A stretch of 61,349 bases of DNA, the filler included. It is 6 parts of 6 records of this genome, joined end to end, with 100 filler letters (N's around TTAATTAATTAA, not from the genome) between each part and the next. Parts side by side here need not be neighbours in the genome. Positions count along the whole stretch, not along the records: positions 57,129 to 61,349 come from SRR20825010_3837; 5 more parts are not named here. One strand, 5' to 3'. Positions within the stretch are counted from its first letter, which is position 1. Each line of letters starts with the position of its first letter. The position numbers and the translations under genes were made by a program. The notes under the pieces are model-generated. The model had not been told where the DNA came from. It did no database searches and worked only from the letters and a program-made list of their open reading frames with translations. Of the stretch, positions 59,182 to 61,349 are shown in pieces.

Positions 59182-59418
59182 GTGCAGGTACTTGTCCGCG
59201 ATAACAATGTCGATCAGGCGCTCCGCGCTCTCAAGAAGAAAATGCAGCGTGAAGGCATTTTCCGCGAAATGAAGATGCGTGATTTTTACGAGAAGCCGTC
59301 GCAGAAGCGGGCTCGCGAGAAGGCCGAAGCCGTTCGCCGCGTCCGCAAGCTGGCCCGCAAGCGGGCCCAGCGCGAAGGCCTTATCGGTGGCGGTCGCCCG
59401 GCGGCTCCTGCTCGCTGA
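59182..59418 (+). CDS. rpsU: 30S ribosomal protein bS21
   Basis: [25 protein letters not shown]...YEKPS. Confidence 0.98.
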   Translation: MQVLVRDNNVDQALRALKKKMQREGIFREMKMRDFYEKPSQKRAREKAEAVRRVRKLARKRAQREGLIGGGRPAAPAR

Positions 59419-59458
59419 TCCAGCCGTTTTTTCGCCCTTTTGGGGTTGCATGAATGAG

Positions 59459-59490
59459 AGGCGGAGACGAATATTCGTCTCCGCCTTTTT
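59459..59490 (+). terminator. Terminator after rpsU
   Basis: Perfect 28-nt palindrome AGGCGGAGACGAAT|ATTCGTCTCCGCCT + TTTT. Confidence 0.8.
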
Positions 59491-59539
59491 CAGTGTGGTG
59501 GACCGGGATGTTCCCGGAAAAGCAGGTGGGGCACAAGCG

Positions 59540-60394
59540 ATGCGGTTGATTGCAGCAATTGAGACAAACGAGCGGCACACAAAAGGTGCGCGTTTTTTGT
59601 TGCTGGCTGCGGTATCGGCTTTGAGCATTTCGCTGGCCGGCTGCAACACCACCACACCGGTTGACACGATCTCCATCGACCGCACCCAGGGCACCGAGGA
59701 AAACATCGCCTCGCTGACCGATGTCATCCGGCGCAATCCCAGTGACCCGGAAGGCTACAATGTGCGCGGTTCCGCCTATGGCCGATCCGGCAAGTACCGC
59801 GATGCCCTGGATGATTTCAACCGCGCCATCCAGCTCAACCCGTCTTTCTTCCAGGCCTATGCCAACCGTGCCCTGATCCACCGGTCGATGGGCAACCTCG
59901 TCGAAGCCGCCAATGACTACAATCGCGCGCTGAAGATCAATCCGCGCTATGACGTCGCCTACATTGGCCGCGGCAACCTTTACCGCCAGGCTGGCAGGAC
60001 GAACGAGGCGATGACCGATTTCAATCGCGCCATCAGCCTGCAGACGACAGATCCGCGCGCCTACCATAACCGCGGGCTGATCAAGCAGTTGCAGAACCAG
60101 CATCCGCAGGCAATCGAGGATTTCTCGGCCGCCATTTCCCTGGCTCCGAATTCACCCGAGCCCTACAATGGCCGGGGCATTTCCTACGTGGCGCTCAATG
60201 ACGACGACAACGCTTTCGCCGACTTCAACCGCGCCATTGAACTCAACCAGCGGGTCGCGGAATCCTGGGCCAACCAGGCGCTGATCTACGAGCGCCGTGG
60301 CGACAAGGCGCGTGCCGCCAAGTCCTATGCGCGGGCCGCTCAGCTTGATCCGAAGTATCGTCCCGCAATCGACGGCCTGGCCCGCGTTCGCTGA
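59540..60394 (+). CDS. TPR-repeat lipoprotein
   Basis: LAGC lipobox; about six 34-aa repeats AYxNRG...A..DF.RAI.L.P. Confidence 0.9.
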   Translation: MRLIAAIETNERHTKGARFLLLAAVSALSISLAGCNTTTPVDTISIDRTQGTEENIASLTDVIRRNPSDPEGYNVRGSAYGRSGKYRDALDDFNRAIQLNPSFFQAYANRALIHRSMGNLVEAANDYNRALKINPRYDVAYIGRGNLYRQAGRTNEAMTDFNRAISLQTTDPRAYHNRGLIKQLQNQHPQAIEDFSAAISLAPNSPEPYNGRGISYVALNDDDNAFADFNRAIELNQRVAESWANQALIYERRGDKARAAKSYARAAQLDPKYRPAIDGLARVR

Positions 60395-60601
60395 ACCGGA
60401 CCCGCGGGCTTCCCGCCTGCGTCAGAATTCCCCGCTTCGACAGATGCTTCCTGCTTGCCGTTGCGCATGCCGGTTCACGCCCCGCGACAAGCCATCATCA
60501 AGCGTGAACGGACCAAATCTCCACTTTCCCAACAGTCGCGGAACGATTCAGTGTCCGCCACGTTGTCATGCCAAACCAACGAAAATGAAAGTGAGTTAGA
60601 C

Positions 60602-61102
60602 ATGATCGGCAAAACCAAAATCACTGCTGCTGCAGCACTCGTCGCAACGGCCGCGCTCAGCGCCGCAACCGTCCCCGCAAAGGCCGACAGCGTCGAACTG
60701 GGCCTGCTTGAATGTGTTGTCGAAGGCGGCAGTGGATTCATCTTCGGCTCCTCCAAGGATCTGTCGTGCGAATACACTCCGGCAAACGACAGCGCCGCCA
60801 AGGAAGCCTATTTCGGTGTCATCAACAAGTTCGGCGTCGACATTGGCGTGACCGGCACAACGGTGATCGAATGGGTCGTCCTCGCCCCGACAACGGATTA
60901 TGAGTATCAGGCCGGATCGCTCGCCGGCGACTACCGCGGCGTCTCCGCCGAGGCGACGGCAGCGGCCGGTGCTGGTGTCAATGTTCTGGTTGGCGGGTCT
61001 GACGACACCATTTCGCTTCAGCCGGTCAGTGTCCAGGCTCAGGAAGGCGTCAACGTCGCCGTTGGCATTGCCGAACTTCAGCTGCGCTCGACCGCCGACT
61101 GA
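60602..61102 (+). CDS. DUF992 family exported protein
   Basis: Signal peptide; G.L.C...GG.GFIFGSSK.L.C, ISLQPVSV..Q.G.NVA. Confidence 0.88.
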   Translation: MIGKTKITAAAALVATAALSAATVPAKADSVELGLLECVVEGGSGFIFGSSKDLSCEYTPANDSAAKEAYFGVINKFGVDIGVTGTTVIEWVVLAPTTDYEYQAGSLAGDYRGVSAEATAAAGAGVNVLVGGSDDTISLQPVSVQAQEGVNVAVGIAELQLRSTAD

Positions 61103-61123
61103 CGGTCACTTCATACGAGACAA

Positions 61124-61154
61124 AAAAAGGCCCGGGTATCGCCCGGGCCTTTTT
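61124..61154. terminator. Bidirectional intrinsic terminator
   Basis: AAAAAGGCCCGGG-TATCG-CCCGGGCCTTTTT between convergent genes. Confidence 0.88.
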
Positions 61155-61175
61155 GCATAATCTGAGACGATCAGG

Positions 61176-61349
61176 TCAGTGCTCCATGGCCTTGACGATA
61201 TCGTCCGTCATCTTCTTCGCATCGCCGAGCAGCATCATCGTGCTATCCTTGTAGAAAAGCGTGTTGTCGATACCGGCGTAACCCGATCCGAGCGAGCGCT
61301 TCACGAACAGGCAGGTGCGGGCCTTGTCGACATCGAGGATCGGCATGCC
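61176..61349 (-). CDS. pntB: NAD(P) transhydrogenase beta subunit, C-terminus
   Basis: Manual translation GMPILDVDKA...KRSLGSGYAGIDN.LF...MLLGDAKK. Confidence 0.95.
   Translation of the reverse strand, partial: GMPILDVDKARTCLFVKRSLGSGYAGIDNTLFYKDSTMMLLGDAKKMTDDIVKAMEH

Overview
The window is an artificial join of six unrelated contigs. They are separated by 100-nt N/TTAATTAATTAA linkers, so nothing can be inferred across the joins. (1) 1-14822: betaproteobacterial-like chromosome with the end of a cellulose (bcs) cluster, lipid-metabolism enzymes, transporters, a heme peroxidase and one AT-rich orphan gene. (2) 14923-35835: left/early half of an alphaproteobacterial lambdoid prophage beside a tRNA-Ser 3' end. 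(3) 35936-43240: gammaproteobacterial lipB-lipA-dacB...exbBD region. (4) 43341-51023: rhizobial ccrM-mutY-DUF721-dsbA-smc. (5) 51124-57028: Rhodobacteraceae-like clpS...hemF region. (6) 57129-61349: rhizobial soxB-rpsU-pntB region. Taxonomic labels are inferences from gene content. Most of the interest is in the prophage. Its CI-like repressor has lost the S24 autocleavage residues. It has three antirepressor-like genes; two are each preceded by their own C4-type antisense-RNA cassette with different seed sequences, and those two share an unannotated S24-like C-terminal domain. It also has a ~600-nt hairpin-dense non-coding region with an internally duplicated module, and a recurring ssrA-tag-like signal (AAN[DE] and/or C-terminal AA) across the early proteins. 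All calls come from reading motifs by eye; no database search or folding program was run.
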